A stretch of 64,000 nt of DNA from an uncultured Acidobacteriota bacterium. GTDB taxonomy: Bacteria; Acidobacteriota; Thermoanaerobaculia; Multivoradales; SZUA-115. This document shows, one piece after another, positions 43,874 through 54,036 of the stretch. The number at the start of each line of letters is the position of its first letter. Positions within the stretch are counted from its first letter, which is position 1. The stretch is from NCBI GenBank assembly GCA_963805975.1, contig CAWDVR010000003.1, positions 704,001 to 768,000 on the forward strand, read 5' to 3'. The notes beneath the pieces are model-generated. The model was given only the letters and a program-made list of their open reading frames with translations, was not told the origin of the DNA and made no database searches. The translations under genes were made by a program, and so were the position numbers.

Positions 43874-45589
43874 CTAGCGCCGCGGCGAGGTGCGCCGGAG
43901 CCTTCGGCTCCAACGCCGTGCCCGCCAGAGCGAACCCACCAGGCAGAGCAGAAAGAAACCGCTGGCAGCGGCGAAGCCGGCCGCGAAAGCCTCGTCCGCT
44001 CGCAGGCGGGCCAGGTAGGCGAGGGCGCCGGTGCCCAGAGCGAAAAGGCCCCAGAGGAGCTGGTGGCCGGCGGCGTAGAGCAGCCGCGCGCCGTCCGCCA
44101 AGCCCTGTACTCCCACCTCGAGCTCGCCGCGCTCCGCCTTGCGGAGTGTGCGCCGGAGATCCTCCGGCAGCGTGAGCACGGAGAGCGCCAGGTCCTTGAC
44201 CACCGAGCGCACGAGGGCCATCCAGTCCCGGCCGGGCATTAGCTCTTCGAGGTACGGCCGCACCACGGTCAGGGGACGCATCTCGGGGTCCAAGTGAGTG
44301 CAGAGGCCCGCCAGCAGGAGGAGTGTCCGTTCGAGGAGGACCCACTCCCGCGGCACCTGGAAGGTGGCGGTCAGCTCGCGGAGCGAGATGTCCAGCCGCG
44401 CGAGGTCGGCCATCATCTCGACCTTGAGCCCGGTGTCGACCCGAATGTCCTTCAGGTTGAAGGACTCGAGCTCGACCGCGGCCAGGAAGCGCGAGTACAC
44501 GTAGTCGATCACCAGCTCCGCGACCTCGCCGCCGTCCGCGCTCCGTGCCACGAAGCCCATGCTCTGGAGCGCCGCCAGGATCTGCTCGCGGTCGCGGCGC
44601 AGGACGCCTTCGAGAAGCCGCGGGATGCCCGCCTTCATGCCGGGCGACAGCCGGGCCACGGCGCCGAAGTCCACGAAGACGATGCCGCCGTCCGCTCGCA
44701 CCAGGATGTTCCCGGGATGCGGGTCCGCGTGGTAGACGCCGTCGCGGAAGATCATCCGGCAGTAGGCGGAGAGCACGCGAACGGCGAGCGCGCGGCGGTC
44801 CAGGCCGAGCGCCGCGAGGGACCCCAGGTCGCTGATCTTCACGCCTTCGACGAAGTGGGTGGTGAGCACTCTCCGGGTCGAGGCCTGGCGCACGACTAAG
44901 GGGAAGCCCACCTCGGGATCGTCCCGGAAGCGGGCAGCGATCTCTTCGATCGAGTCGGCCTCGCGGCCGAAGTCGAGCTCTTCGAGGATCGTCTCGTGGA
45001 CCTGCTCGTAGACCTCGATCAGGCCGCGGATGCCGAGCACCAGCTCCACCACGCCCAGGATGCGGCGGATGGTCGCGAGGTCGCGGCGCGCGGTGTCCTC
45101 GATGTCCAGGTGCTGCACCTTGACCGCCACCCGCCGGCCGTCGGCCAGGGTGGCGGCGTGGACCTGGGCGAGCGAGGCGCTGGCGATCGGCTCGGGGTCG
45201 AAGCTCGCAAAGAGCTCTTCCGGCTCGCCGCCCAGCTCGGAGCGCAGTCGGGCGCGGATCTCGGCCAGGGGCCGCGCCGGGATGCGGTCCTGGAGCGCTT
45301 CGAGCTCGCCGCGGAAGTCTGCCGGCAGGAAGTTCGAGAGGATGCTCAGGAGCTGGCCGACCTTGATGAACAGGCCCTGGACCTCGAGGATCGTCTCCTT
45401 CACCCGGCGGGCGTTGCGGAGGTGGCAGGCGGGGAGCGCCCGCTCACGCCAGGCCGCGCCGCGCACCAGGCCGGCGAGCTTCAGCCAGCCGTAGCTCGCG
45501 AGCACGCGAACTAGGAGCGCATACACCGCGAGCAGCCGGAAGCGCCTCCCGGCCGGCGCTCCGTGGTGCGAGTCGGGGGCGGGTTGCAT
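43874..45589 (-). CDS. ABC1/UbiB/AarF-family atypical kinase
   Basis: FIKVGQLLS, ASASLAQVH, VAVKVQ, HADPHPGN, DFG; C-terminal TM pair. Confidence 0.93.
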   Translation of the reverse strand: MQPAPDSHHGAPAGRRFRLLAVYALLVRVLASYGWLKLAGLVRGAAWRERALPACHLRNARRVKETILEVQGLFIKVGQLLSILSNFLPADFRGELEALQDRIPARPLAEIRARLRSELGGEPEELFASFDPEPIASASLAQVHAATLADGRRVAVKVQHLDIEDTARRDLATIRRILGVVELVLGIRGLIEVYEQVHETILEELDFGREADSIEEIAARFRDDPEVGFPLVVRQASTRRVLTTHFVEGVKISDLGSLAALGLDRRALAVRVLSAYCRMIFRDGVYHADPHPGNILVRADGGIVFVDFGAVARLSPGMKAGIPRLLEGVLRRDREQILAALQSMGFVARSADGGEVAELVIDYVYSRFLAAVELESFNLKDIRVDTGLKVEMMADLARLDISLRELTATFQVPREWVLLERTLLLLAGLCTHLDPEMRPLTVVRPYLEELMPGRDWMALVRSVVKDLALSVLTLPEDLRRTLRKAERGELEVGVQGLADGARLLYAAGHQLLWGLFALGTGALAYLARLRADEAFAAGFAAASGFFLLCLVGSLWRARRWSRRLRRTSPRR

Positions 45590-45678
45590 GACGATCCTCG
45601 GAATTGCGTTGGCTACGGGTACAAGGCGATGATCGCACGGGTTTCGAGCCGCCGACCTCTCACCAAGGGAGCAATTCG

Positions 45679-46665
45679 ATGAAGACACGCGAGCTGGGGC
45701 GGAGCGGGCTGGCCGTCTCCGCCATAGGGTTGGGATGCATGGGGATGTCCGAGTTCTACGGGCCGAGCGACGAGGCGGAGTCGCTCGCCACGCTCGACCA
45801 CGCCCTCGGGATCGGCGTCACCTTCTGGGACACCGCCGACATGTACGGTAGCGGGCACAACGAGGAGCTCTTGGGCCGGGCGCTGGCCGGGCGCCGCGAG
45901 CAGGTGGTGCTGGCGACCAAGTTCGGCAACGTCCGGGGCGAGGGCGGCTCGTTTCTCGGCGTCGACGGCAGCCCGGACTACGTGCGCCGGGCCTGCGACG
46001 CGAGCCTCGCGCGGCTCAAGGTCGAGACGATCGACCTCTACTATCAGCACCGGGTGGACCCCAAGGTGCCGATCGAGGACACGGTCGGCGCCATGGCGGA
46101 GCTGGTAGGAGCGGGCAAGGTCCGCCATCTGGGCCTCTCGGAAGCCGGTGCCGAGACCCTGCGGCGGGCGGCGGCCGTGCATCCCATCGCGGCGCTCCAG
46201 ACCGAGTACTCGTTGTGGACCCGCGACCTCGAAGCCGAGATCCTGCCCACCTGCCGTGAGCTCGGCATTGGTCTCGTGGCCTACAGCCCGCTCGGCCGTG
46301 GATTCCTGACCGGCGGCTTCAAGAGCGTCGAGGACCTCGCCGAGAACGACTGGCGGCGCAATCACCCGCGCTTCCAGGGCGAGAACTTCGAGCACAACCG
46401 GCGGCTGGTCGCGCGCATCGAGGAGATCGCGGCCGAGAAGGGCTCGACCCCGGCACAGCTCGCGCTCGCCTGGCTGCTGGCCCAGGGCCGGGACGTGGTG
46501 CCGATCCCGGGCACGCGCCGCCGCTCGCGGCTGGACGAGAACGCCGCGGCCACCGAGCTCGAGCTCACCGCCGCCGACCTGGCGCGGATCGGCGAGGTGC
46601 TGGAGCACAGCTCGGTGGCGGGGACGCGCTACCCGGCAGCGGCGATGGCGGCGTTGGGGCGCTGA
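45679..46665 (+). CDS. Aldo/keto reductase
   Basis: [43 protein letters not shown]. Confidence 0.95.
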   Translation: MKTRELGRSGLAVSAIGLGCMGMSEFYGPSDEAESLATLDHALGIGVTFWDTADMYGSGHNEELLGRALAGRREQVVLATKFGNVRGEGGSFLGVDGSPDYVRRACDASLARLKVETIDLYYQHRVDPKVPIEDTVGAMAELVGAGKVRHLGLSEAGAETLRRAAAVHPIAALQTEYSLWTRDLEAEILPTCRELGIGLVAYSPLGRGFLTGGFKSVEDLAENDWRRNHPRFQGENFEHNRRLVARIEEIAAEKGSTPAQLALAWLLAQGRDVVPIPGTRRRSRLDENAAATELELTAADLARIGEVLEHSSVAGTRYPAAAMAALGR

Positions 46666-46720
46666 GCTAGGGGCCGAAAGCGAGAGGGTCGGTCCGTCTC
46701 ACGAGACGGAGGAGATCCTC

Positions 46721-47863
46721 ATGCACCGGAGAAACCTCATTGCGCTCGCCGGCCTGATCCTGGTCCCCGCGAGCTTGACGGCCGCGGAGGTGGTTCCCCC
46801 GCCAGCGCCAGACGCCACCCCACAGCGTCAGGCCAAGCCCGTGGCGACGATCGTCTCGGTCGCGCCGGGGACGTTCGCGCTCGGAGACGCGCTGACCTTC
46901 GAGGTCACCGGTCTCGAGAACCTCTGCCCGGACCGCACCCCGGACCAGAAGCTCCGCCTCTTCCTCAACGGCCGGGCGCTCCCCGGGATCGTGGGCGAGC
47001 CCGAGGCGGCCAACCGCCTGCGTTTCAAGCTCGAGCCGATCTGGGCGCTCGAGGAGACGGATGGCGAGCCGAACGTCTGGGCCAAGCTGGTCTCCGGCTC
47101 GCTCCTCCGCAACCGGGTGCGCAAGGTCCAGGCGAGCCTCGGCTACGAGGCCTGTGCGGACGGCGCCGGGGTGCAGACCCCGCCCAAGGACTTGCAGTTC
47201 GTGGTGCTCCGCGACGCATGGCTGTGGACCTGGGTCGCGAGCATGGTGGTGATCGTCGGGCTCACTTTCTGGCTCGGCCGGCGGACGCCGCTGCTGCGGG
47301 AGAAAGGTGCCGCGGGGCCCTTCAGCCTGGCCCGCGTGCAGATGGCCTTCTGGACGGTCCTGGCGCTCGGCGCCTTCCTGCTCATCCTCGTCTCCACCGG
47401 CTTCGTCGCCAGTCTCAGCAACGACGTCCTGACCTTGCTCGGCATCAGTGCGGCCACCGGTCTCGGCGCCGCGGTGGTGGACGCCGGCAAGGAGGCGCAG
47501 GTCGAACGGAAGACGATGCTCGAGCGACAGAGCAAGGCCCTCGATCGAGCCGCCCAGTCCGCCGGAGGCCCGACCTCCGAGATGCTCGAGCAGCAGCGGA
47601 AAGTCGCGGTCGAGCTGGCGCAGGTGCCGGCCCTCGTGGGCCAGACCCGGCGGAGCTTCTTCGCCGACATCCTCCAGGACGAGAACGGCTACAGCATCTA
47701 TCGCTTGCAGTTCGTCCTCTGGACGCTGGTCCTCGGCGGCTACTTCCTCTACGCGGTGGTCAGCCGGCTGATCATGCCTTCCTTCGGACCGCAGCTCCTG
47801 ACCTTGATGGGGCTGAGCTCGGGGACCTACGTTTCGCTCAAGACTCAGGAGAAGCAGGTCTGA
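46721..47863 (+). CDS. Hypothetical protein: signal peptide, Ig-like domain and duplicated TM module
   Basis: GGAGGAG RBS; internal repeat FSLARVQMAFWT...LLGISAAT / YSIYRLQFVLWT...LMGLSSGT. Confidence 0.75.
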   Translation: MHRRNLIALAGLILVPASLTAAEVVPPPAPDATPQRQAKPVATIVSVAPGTFALGDALTFEVTGLENLCPDRTPDQKLRLFLNGRALPGIVGEPEAANRLRFKLEPIWALEETDGEPNVWAKLVSGSLLRNRVRKVQASLGYEACADGAGVQTPPKDLQFVVLRDAWLWTWVASMVVIVGLTFWLGRRTPLLREKGAAGPFSLARVQMAFWTVLALGAFLLILVSTGFVASLSNDVLTLLGISAATGLGAAVVDAGKEAQVERKTMLERQSKALDRAAQSAGGPTSEMLEQQRKVAVELAQVPALVGQTRRSFFADILQDENGYSIYRLQFVLWTLVLGGYFLYAVVSRLIMPSFGPQLLTLMGLSSGTYVSLKTQEKQV

Positions 47864-47926
47864 GCTTCCGCCGACCCGTAACCCGGCCGTAACGTCCCCG
47901 CCCTGCCGCGACGCTAGCGTTGCCGC

Positions 47927-48736
47927 ATGGTGAATGACACGACTGAGCGGGGAATCCGTGGTTGCGAGGCCCTGGACGAGCGCCGGGCGCAGGCGCCGAA
48001 GCTGTCCGTGAGGCTGGCTGCGAGCTGGGACGAGGTCAGCCAGTCGCAAGCGCTGCGCCACCGCGTGTTCGCGGTCGAGAAGGGGGCACGGCTGATGGGC
48101 CCGCGGCCGGGGCTCGACGAGGACCGATTCGATCGCTTCTGCGACCACCTGCTGGTGCGGGACGCGGCCGGGGCGGTAGTGGCATCGACACGCCTGCTCT
48201 CGGACGTCGCGGCGGTCCGCGCCGGCGGCTACTACTCCGAGACCGAGTTCGAGATCGACCCGGTGCTGAAGCTGCCCGGCCGCATCCTGGAGGTCGGCCG
48301 CACCTGCGTGGCCGAGGGCCACCGCAACGGTGCCACCATCGCGGTGCTGTGGTGCGGCCTCGCGGCCTACCTGGAGGCTCATGGCTTCGACTACCTGATC
48401 GGCTGCGCCTCGATCGACCTGGCGGATGGCGGTTTCGGGGCGCAGACGCTGATCCATCGCCTGCGGCGCGAGCACTCTTCGCCGACGGCGCTCCGCGTCC
48501 GGCCGCGGCGACCCTGGCACGGGCCGGCCTATCCCCGGGAGAGTGAGGAGGTCCGCGTGCCGCCCCTCCTCAAGGCCTACGTGCGGCTGGGCGCGTGGGT
48601 CTGCGGTGAGCCCGCCTGGGACCCGGGCTTCGGCAGCGCGGACCTCTTCATCCTCCTCGACGCCAAGCGGCTCGAGAGCCGCTACGCACGGCATTTCGTG
48701 GAGCGCAAGCGGGGGGCGCTCGAAGCCGCGGCCTGA
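47927..48736 (+). CDS. olsB: GNAT N-acyltransferase, ornithine-lipid OlsB-like
   Basis: LRHRVFAVE, DRFDRFCDHLLV, YYSETEF, LEVGRTCV, PPLLKAYVRLGAWVCGEPAWDPGF. Confidence 0.8.
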   Translation: MVNDTTERGIRGCEALDERRAQAPKLSVRLAASWDEVSQSQALRHRVFAVEKGARLMGPRPGLDEDRFDRFCDHLLVRDAAGAVVASTRLLSDVAAVRAGGYYSETEFEIDPVLKLPGRILEVGRTCVAEGHRNGATIAVLWCGLAAYLEAHGFDYLIGCASIDLADGGFGAQTLIHRLRREHSSPTALRVRPRRPWHGPAYPRESEEVRVPPLLKAYVRLGAWVCGEPAWDPGFGSADLFILLDAKRLESRYARHFVERKRGALEAAA

Positions 48737-48843
48737 GCCTCCACTCCTACGTCGGGAAACCAGCCTCCGCGCGGTGAGCATGATCTCGCCGCGTGCGGCG
48801 CCGGTGCGCTACCATCGGCCGACAACGGACTCGACGCGGGCGG

Positions 48844-49689
48844 ATGACCACGGACACCCAGGCCAAGCCGGCTACCGGCCCTCTCGCGACGATCCACAGC
48901 GCTGCGCCGGGGAGGCTCGCCTCGCTCGCACGAAGCCTCCGCGGCACGATCCGCCTCTTGGCCCTGGTGGCCCACGTCCTGTCCGGCTGCGTCATCGCGG
49001 GAACGAGCATGCTGCGCTGGCTCCTGGGCCGGCGCTCGCTCGTGCCCTACCCGCGGGGCGTCCGCTGGTGGATGGCGCGCTGCTGCCGCGTGCTGCACGT
49101 GAAGGTCCGAGCAGTGGGGGAGCCCGCGACACGATCCGGGCTGGTGGTCGCCAACCACGTCTCCTGGCTGGACATCCCGGTCCTGGGCGGGCTGGCGCAC
49201 ATCGTCTTCCTGTCCAAGGCGGAGATCCGCAGTTGGCCGGTGATCGGCTGGATGGCGGCGGGCGGAGGCACGATCTTCATCCCGCGCGGCGCCCACCAGG
49301 CCGGTGCCGTGGCCGGTGAGATCGCCTCGCGCCTCGCGGAGGGGGCCAGCAACGTCCTCGTCTTTCCCGAGGGCACGACCACCAACGGCAGCTACCTGCG
49401 GCCCTTCTACCCCCGGCTCTTCGCCTGCTTGCAGGCCCCCGAGCTCAGCCGTACGGCGGTCACCGTGCAGCCGGTCGCGATCCGCTACCTCCACCCGGGC
49501 GGCGTTCATCCCGTGGCGCCGTTCATCGATGACGAGTCCTTTCCCTCCCACCTCCGGCGGGTGTTGGCCGAGCGCGAGATCGAGGTGGAGGTGCGCTTCT
49601 GCCCACCCTTCGACACCGCCGGTCTCGACCGCAAGAGCGTGGCGCAGGAGGCCCGCCGCGCCATCCTCGCCGCCCTACAGATCGAGTAG
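48844..49689 (+). CDS. PlsC-family acyltransferase, OlsA-like
   Basis: NHVSWLD (HX4D), FPEGTTT; adjacent to olsB-like gene. Confidence 0.85.
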   Translation: MTTDTQAKPATGPLATIHSAAPGRLASLARSLRGTIRLLALVAHVLSGCVIAGTSMLRWLLGRRSLVPYPRGVRWWMARCCRVLHVKVRAVGEPATRSGLVVANHVSWLDIPVLGGLAHIVFLSKAEIRSWPVIGWMAAGGGTIFIPRGAHQAGAVAGEIASRLAEGASNVLVFPEGTTTNGSYLRPFYPRLFACLQAPELSRTAVTVQPVAIRYLHPGGVHPVAPFIDDESFPSHLRRVLAEREIEVEVRFCPPFDTAGLDRKSVAQEARRAILAALQIE

Positions 49690-49714
49690 AGGGATGCAAT
49701 AGACTGCGCCGGCC

Positions 49715-50563
49715 ATGGACCTCGGCCGGCTCAAGCTGACCCCCCTGCCCGACGGTGAGTTCCGCCTCGACGGCGGCGCGATGTTCGGCGTCGTGCCGCG
49801 CGTGATGTGGGAGAAGAAGAAGCCGCCGGACGAACGCAACCGCATCCGCATGACCACCAACTGCCTGCTGGTCGAGGCGGGCGACGAGCTGCTGCTGGTG
49901 GACACCGGGGTGGGGGACAAGGGCGACGACAAGTTCAACGACCAGTTCGCTGTGGGGGAGGGGGGCGGCCGGCTGCCCGAGCGGCTGGCCCGCGCCGGCT
50001 TCGCCCCCGAAGACGTGACCCAGGTGCTCCTGACCCACCTCCACTTCGACCACTGCGGCTGGAGCACGCGGCTCGACGGCGGCCGGCTGGTGCCGACCTT
50101 CCCGCGGGCCCGCTACTGGATCTCGGCCGGCGAGCTCGAGCACGCGCGGCGGCCCAACGCCCGCGACCGCGCGAGCTACGACCCGCGCAACTGGGAGCCG
50201 CTCTTCGAGGCCGGGTTGGTGGAACTGTTCGCAGACGAGGCGGAGCCGGTGCCGGGCGTCAAGGCGGTCAAGGCCCCGGGGCACAACGCCGACATGTGCA
50301 TCGTGCTCCTGGACGGCGGCGGCGCCGGGAAGGCCGCCTTCTGGGCGGACCTGGTGCCCACCGCGGCGCACGTGCCGTCGCCGTGGATCATGAGCTACGA
50401 TCTCTATCCCATAGAGACCCTGGCGGCGAAGGAGCAGTGGCTGCCCCGGGCCGCCGCCGAGGGCTGGATCTCGATCTTCGAGCACGACCCGGAGACGCCC
50501 ATGGCACGGCTGGTGGCGGACGACAAGGGGCGGATCGCGCCACAGCCGATCGACGACCCGTGA
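49715..50563 (+). CDS. MBL-fold metallo-hydrolase (YtnP-like)
   Basis: LDGGAMFGVVP, THLHFDHCG, PGH, ADLVPT, FEHDP. Confidence 0.9.
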   Translation: MDLGRLKLTPLPDGEFRLDGGAMFGVVPRVMWEKKKPPDERNRIRMTTNCLLVEAGDELLLVDTGVGDKGDDKFNDQFAVGEGGGRLPERLARAGFAPEDVTQVLLTHLHFDHCGWSTRLDGGRLVPTFPRARYWISAGELEHARRPNARDRASYDPRNWEPLFEAGLVELFADEAEPVPGVKAVKAPGHNADMCIVLLDGGGAGKAAFWADLVPTAAHVPSPWIMSYDLYPIETLAAKEQWLPRAAAEGWISIFEHDPETPMARLVADDKGRIAPQPIDDP

Positions 50564-50576
50564 GGCTGGAGGAACG

Positions 50577-51971
50577 ATGCCCGAAGACTTCGACCTGATC
50601 ATCGTGGGCAGCGGCCCGGGCGGCTACGTGGCCGGCATCAAGGCCGGCCAGCTCGGCATGAAGGTGGCCGTGGTCGAGAAAGACCCGAAGCTCGGCGGCA
50701 CCTGCCTGCACCGCGGCTGCATCCCCACCAAGGCCCTGCTCCACACCGCCGAGTTCCTCGACCAGGCGAAGAAGGCCGAGAGCTTCGGCGTGCTGCTCGA
50801 CAACCCCCACCTCGACCTCGGCAAGGCGCAGCAGTACAAGCAGAAGGTGGTGGACAAGAACGCCAAGGGCATCGAGTTCCTGTTCAAGAAGAACAAGGTG
50901 ACGTGGCTCCAGGGCCACGGCCGCTTCACCGGCGCGAACGAGGTGACGGTGGAGGGTGGCGCCGGGGCGGGGACCTACCGTGCCAAGAACTTGATGGTCG
51001 CCACCGGCTCCGTGCCGCGGGACATTCCGCTGGCGCCGGCTGACGGCGAGCGCGTCATCAACTCGGACCACATCCTCGAGCTCTCGCGCCTGCCCGCGTC
51101 GCTCGCCGTCCTGGGCGCCGGCGCCGTGGGCACCGAGTTCGCGTCGATGTACGCCTCCTTCGGCAGCAAGGTGACGCTGATCGAGATGCTGCCCCGCATC
51201 CTGCCGATCGAGGACGAAGAGGTCTCGGCCGAGCTGCACAAGGCGCTGCGCAAGCGGGGCATCAACGTGCTGGTGGGCACCAAGCTCACCGAGGCGCGGA
51301 AGGAAGGCACCGGCGTGGTGCTGGGGCTCGAGAAGGACGGCCAGGCTTCCTCTCTCGAGGCCGAGATGCTGCTGGTCGCGGTAGGCCGGGCGCCGGTGAC
51401 GGCGGACCTCGGGCTCGAGGCGCTGGGCGTCGAGATCGAGCGCGGCTACCTCAAGGTCAACGGCTTCATGCAGACCGCGGTGCCGTCGATCTACGCCATC
51501 GGCGACGTGGTGCCGACGCCGTGGCTCGCCCACATCGCCTCGGCCGAGGGCATCCTCGCTGTGGAGCACATGGCCGGCCTCGCCGCACGGCCGCTCAACT
51601 ACGACCTGACACCGTCCTGCACCTACTGCGAGCCGGAGGTCGGCAGCGTGGGCCTCACCGAGGCGAAAGCCAGGGAGCGCGGCTACGACGTGGCGATAGG
51701 CAAGTTCCCGTTCTCCGCCCTCGCCAAGGCGGCGATCCTCGGCAAGACCGAGGGCTTCGTCAAAGTGGTGCGCGAGAAGAAGTACGACGAGCTCCTGGGA
51801 GTGCACATCATCGGCCCGCATGCCACGGACCTGATCGCCGAGGCCTGCGTGGCGCTCTCCGTCGAGTCCACCACCGAAGAGCTGTTCCGCGCCATCCACG
51901 CCCATCCGACGCTCTCCGAGGCGATGGCCGAGGCCGCGCACGCGGCGGTGGGCCACGCGATCCATGTTTGA
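50577..51971 (+). CDS. lpdA: Dihydrolipoyl dehydrogenase (E3)
   Basis: GSGPGGY, GGTCLHRGCIPTK, HAHPTLSE. Confidence 0.97.
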   Translation: MPEDFDLIIVGSGPGGYVAGIKAGQLGMKVAVVEKDPKLGGTCLHRGCIPTKALLHTAEFLDQAKKAESFGVLLDNPHLDLGKAQQYKQKVVDKNAKGIEFLFKKNKVTWLQGHGRFTGANEVTVEGGAGAGTYRAKNLMVATGSVPRDIPLAPADGERVINSDHILELSRLPASLAVLGAGAVGTEFASMYASFGSKVTLIEMLPRILPIEDEEVSAELHKALRKRGINVLVGTKLTEARKEGTGVVLGLEKDGQASSLEAEMLLVAVGRAPVTADLGLEALGVEIERGYLKVNGFMQTAVPSIYAIGDVVPTPWLAHIASAEGILAVEHMAGLAARPLNYDLTPSCTYCEPEVGSVGLTEAKARERGYDVAIGKFPFSALAKAAILGKTEGFVKVVREKKYDELLGVHIIGPHATDLIAEACVALSVESTTEELFRAIHAHPTLSEAMAEAAHAAVGHAIHV

Positions 51972-51984
51972 GCCGGGAAACTGA

Positions 51985-53034
51985 ATGTCAGCGCACGCCA
52001 AGAAGCTCGGCCCCCTCCACCCCGAGGCTCCGGCCCCCGAGACCCTGCACTCGACCTCCCTGGGCCGCGACGGCCAGTGGGAGATCTATCGCCTCATGGT
52101 GCTCAACCGCCGGGTGGAGGAGCGCCTGGCGAACCTCTACCGGCGCGGCAAGATCGTGGGCGGCGCCTACTCCTCCCGCGGCCAGGAGGGCGTGTCCGTG
52201 GGCAGCGCCTTCGCGCTCGAGCCGGGCGACGTGATCGGCCCGTTGATCCGCAATCTGGGCGCCCAGCTCGTGCGCGGCGTCGAGCCCAAGAACGTCTTCG
52301 CCCTGCACATGGGCAAGTCGGTGGTCATCAACCGCGGCAAGGACAACCTGCCGCCCACCGATCTCGCCAAGGGCATCCTCGGCCCCATCGCCATGCTCGG
52401 CGCCCTCGTCTCGGTGGTCGCCGGCTACGTGCTCGCGGCGCGCATGCAGGGAAAGAAGACCGTGGGCCTCACCTGGATCGGCGACGGCGGCACCTCGACG
52501 GGGGAGTTCCACGAAGGGTTGAACTTCGCCGCGGTGCAGAACCTGCCGGTGGTGGTGATCGTCGAGCACAACGGCTACGCCTACTCGACCCCCACCGCCA
52601 AGCAGATGCGCATCAAGGACATCGCGCTCCGCGCCGCCGGCTACGGCATCCCCGGCGAGACCGTGGACGGCAACGACGCGCTGGCGGTCTACGAGGCCAC
52701 GCGGCGCGCGGTGATGCGCGCCCGCGCCGGCGGCGGGCCGACGCTGATCGAGGTCAAGACCTTCCGCATGAAAGGCCACGCCGAGCACGACGACGCCTCC
52801 TACGTGCCGCGCGAGCTGGTCGAGGAGTGGCGCGGGCGGGACCCCATCGCGCGCTTCGAGCGCCACCTGCTGGCCTCCGGCTTCGCCGCCGAGGCCGACT
52901 TCGAGGCCCTGGGCCAGTCGATCGAGGCGCAGCTCGACACCGACGTGGAGCACGCCACGAGCGCGCCCCTGCCGGCGGCCGAGGAGGCGATCGAGGGCGT
53001 CTACGAGACCGAGGAAGGGGGGATGGCGCGATGA
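51985..53034 (+). CDS. 2-oxoacid dehydrogenase E1 alpha (pyruvate/branched-chain type)
   Basis: GQEG, GDGG...N TPP motif, RMKGHAEHDD. Confidence 0.93.
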   Translation: MSAHAKKLGPLHPEAPAPETLHSTSLGRDGQWEIYRLMVLNRRVEERLANLYRRGKIVGGAYSSRGQEGVSVGSAFALEPGDVIGPLIRNLGAQLVRGVEPKNVFALHMGKSVVINRGKDNLPPTDLAKGILGPIAMLGALVSVVAGYVLAARMQGKKTVGLTWIGDGGTSTGEFHEGLNFAAVQNLPVVVIVEHNGYAYSTPTAKQMRIKDIALRAAGYGIPGETVDGNDALAVYEATRRAVMRARAGGGPTLIEVKTFRMKGHAEHDDASYVPRELVEEWRGRDPIARFERHLLASGFAAEADFEALGQSIEAQLDTDVEHATSAPLPAAEEAIEGVYETEEGGMAR

Positions 53035-54026
53035 GCGAGCCCGTCACTTTCCTCGAAGCCATCCGCCAGGGCCTGTGGCGCGAGCTGGAGGCCGATCCCC
53101 GCGTCTTCCTGATCGGCGAGGACATCGGCCGCTTCGGCGGTGCCTTCAAGGTCACGGCCGGGTTGGCCGAGCGCTTCGGTGACGAGCGGGTGATCGACGC
53201 GCCGATCGCCGAGTCCGCCATCGTCGGTGCCGCGATCGGCGCCGCGCTCGCCGGCATGCGGCCGGTGGTCGAGATGCAGTTCATCGACTTCATCGCCTGC
53301 ACCTTCAACCACATCGTGAACTTCGCGGCCACCCAGCGCTACCGCTCGGGGCTGGCCGTGCCGCTGGTGGTGCGCGGCCCGTGCGGCGGCAACGTGCATG
53401 GCTCCTCGTTCCACAGCCAGAACCCCGAGGGCTTCTTCCAGCACGCGCCGGGCTTGAAGATCGTGGTGCCGGCAACGGTGGAGGACGCCTACGGCCTGAT
53501 CCGCTCGGCGATCCGCGACCCCAACCCGGTGCTCTACCTCGAGCACAAGTACCTCTACCGGCGGATCAAGGCGCCGCTGCCGGAAGGGGAGGGGCCCCAG
53601 GGAGCGTACCTAACCCCGATCGGCAAAGCGCGCCTCGCGCGCCCCGGCCGGGACCTCTCGGTGGTGACCTACGGCGCCATGCTGCACGTGGCGCTCGAGG
53701 CCGCCGACAAGCTCTCCGCCGAGAACGGTGTCGAGCTCGAGGTGCTGGACCTGCGCACCGTCAAGCCGCTCGACGACGAGGCCCTGGAGGCCACGGTCAA
53801 GAAGACCAACCGGGCGCTGGTGCTGACCGAGGAGCCGGCGACCGGGTCGGTCGCGAGCGAGGTGGCGGCACGCATCGCGTCGCGCAGCTTCGCCTGGCTG
53901 GACGCGCCGGTCGAGCGCCTCTGCTGCCCCGACGTGCCGGTGCCCTTCTCGCCGCCGCTCGAAGAGTTCTACCTGCCCAACGTCGACAAGCTGATCGCCC
54001 GCGTGCGGGAGATCCTGAGCTACTAG
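53031..54026 (+). CDS. 2-oxoacid dehydrogenase E1 beta
   Basis: IGEDIG, DAPIAE, EMQFIDF, FHSQ, LEHKYLY, DLRTVKPLD. Confidence 0.93.
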   Translation: MSEPVTFLEAIRQGLWRELEADPRVFLIGEDIGRFGGAFKVTAGLAERFGDERVIDAPIAESAIVGAAIGAALAGMRPVVEMQFIDFIACTFNHIVNFAATQRYRSGLAVPLVVRGPCGGNVHGSSFHSQNPEGFFQHAPGLKIVVPATVEDAYGLIRSAIRDPNPVLYLEHKYLYRRIKAPLPEGEGPQGAYLTPIGKARLARPGRDLSVVTYGAMLHVALEAADKLSAENGVELEVLDLRTVKPLDDEALEATVKKTNRALVLTEEPATGSVASEVAARIASRSFAWLDAPVERLCCPDVPVPFSPPLEEFYLPNVDKLIARVREILSY

Positions 54027-54036
54027 GAGAGTCGTG

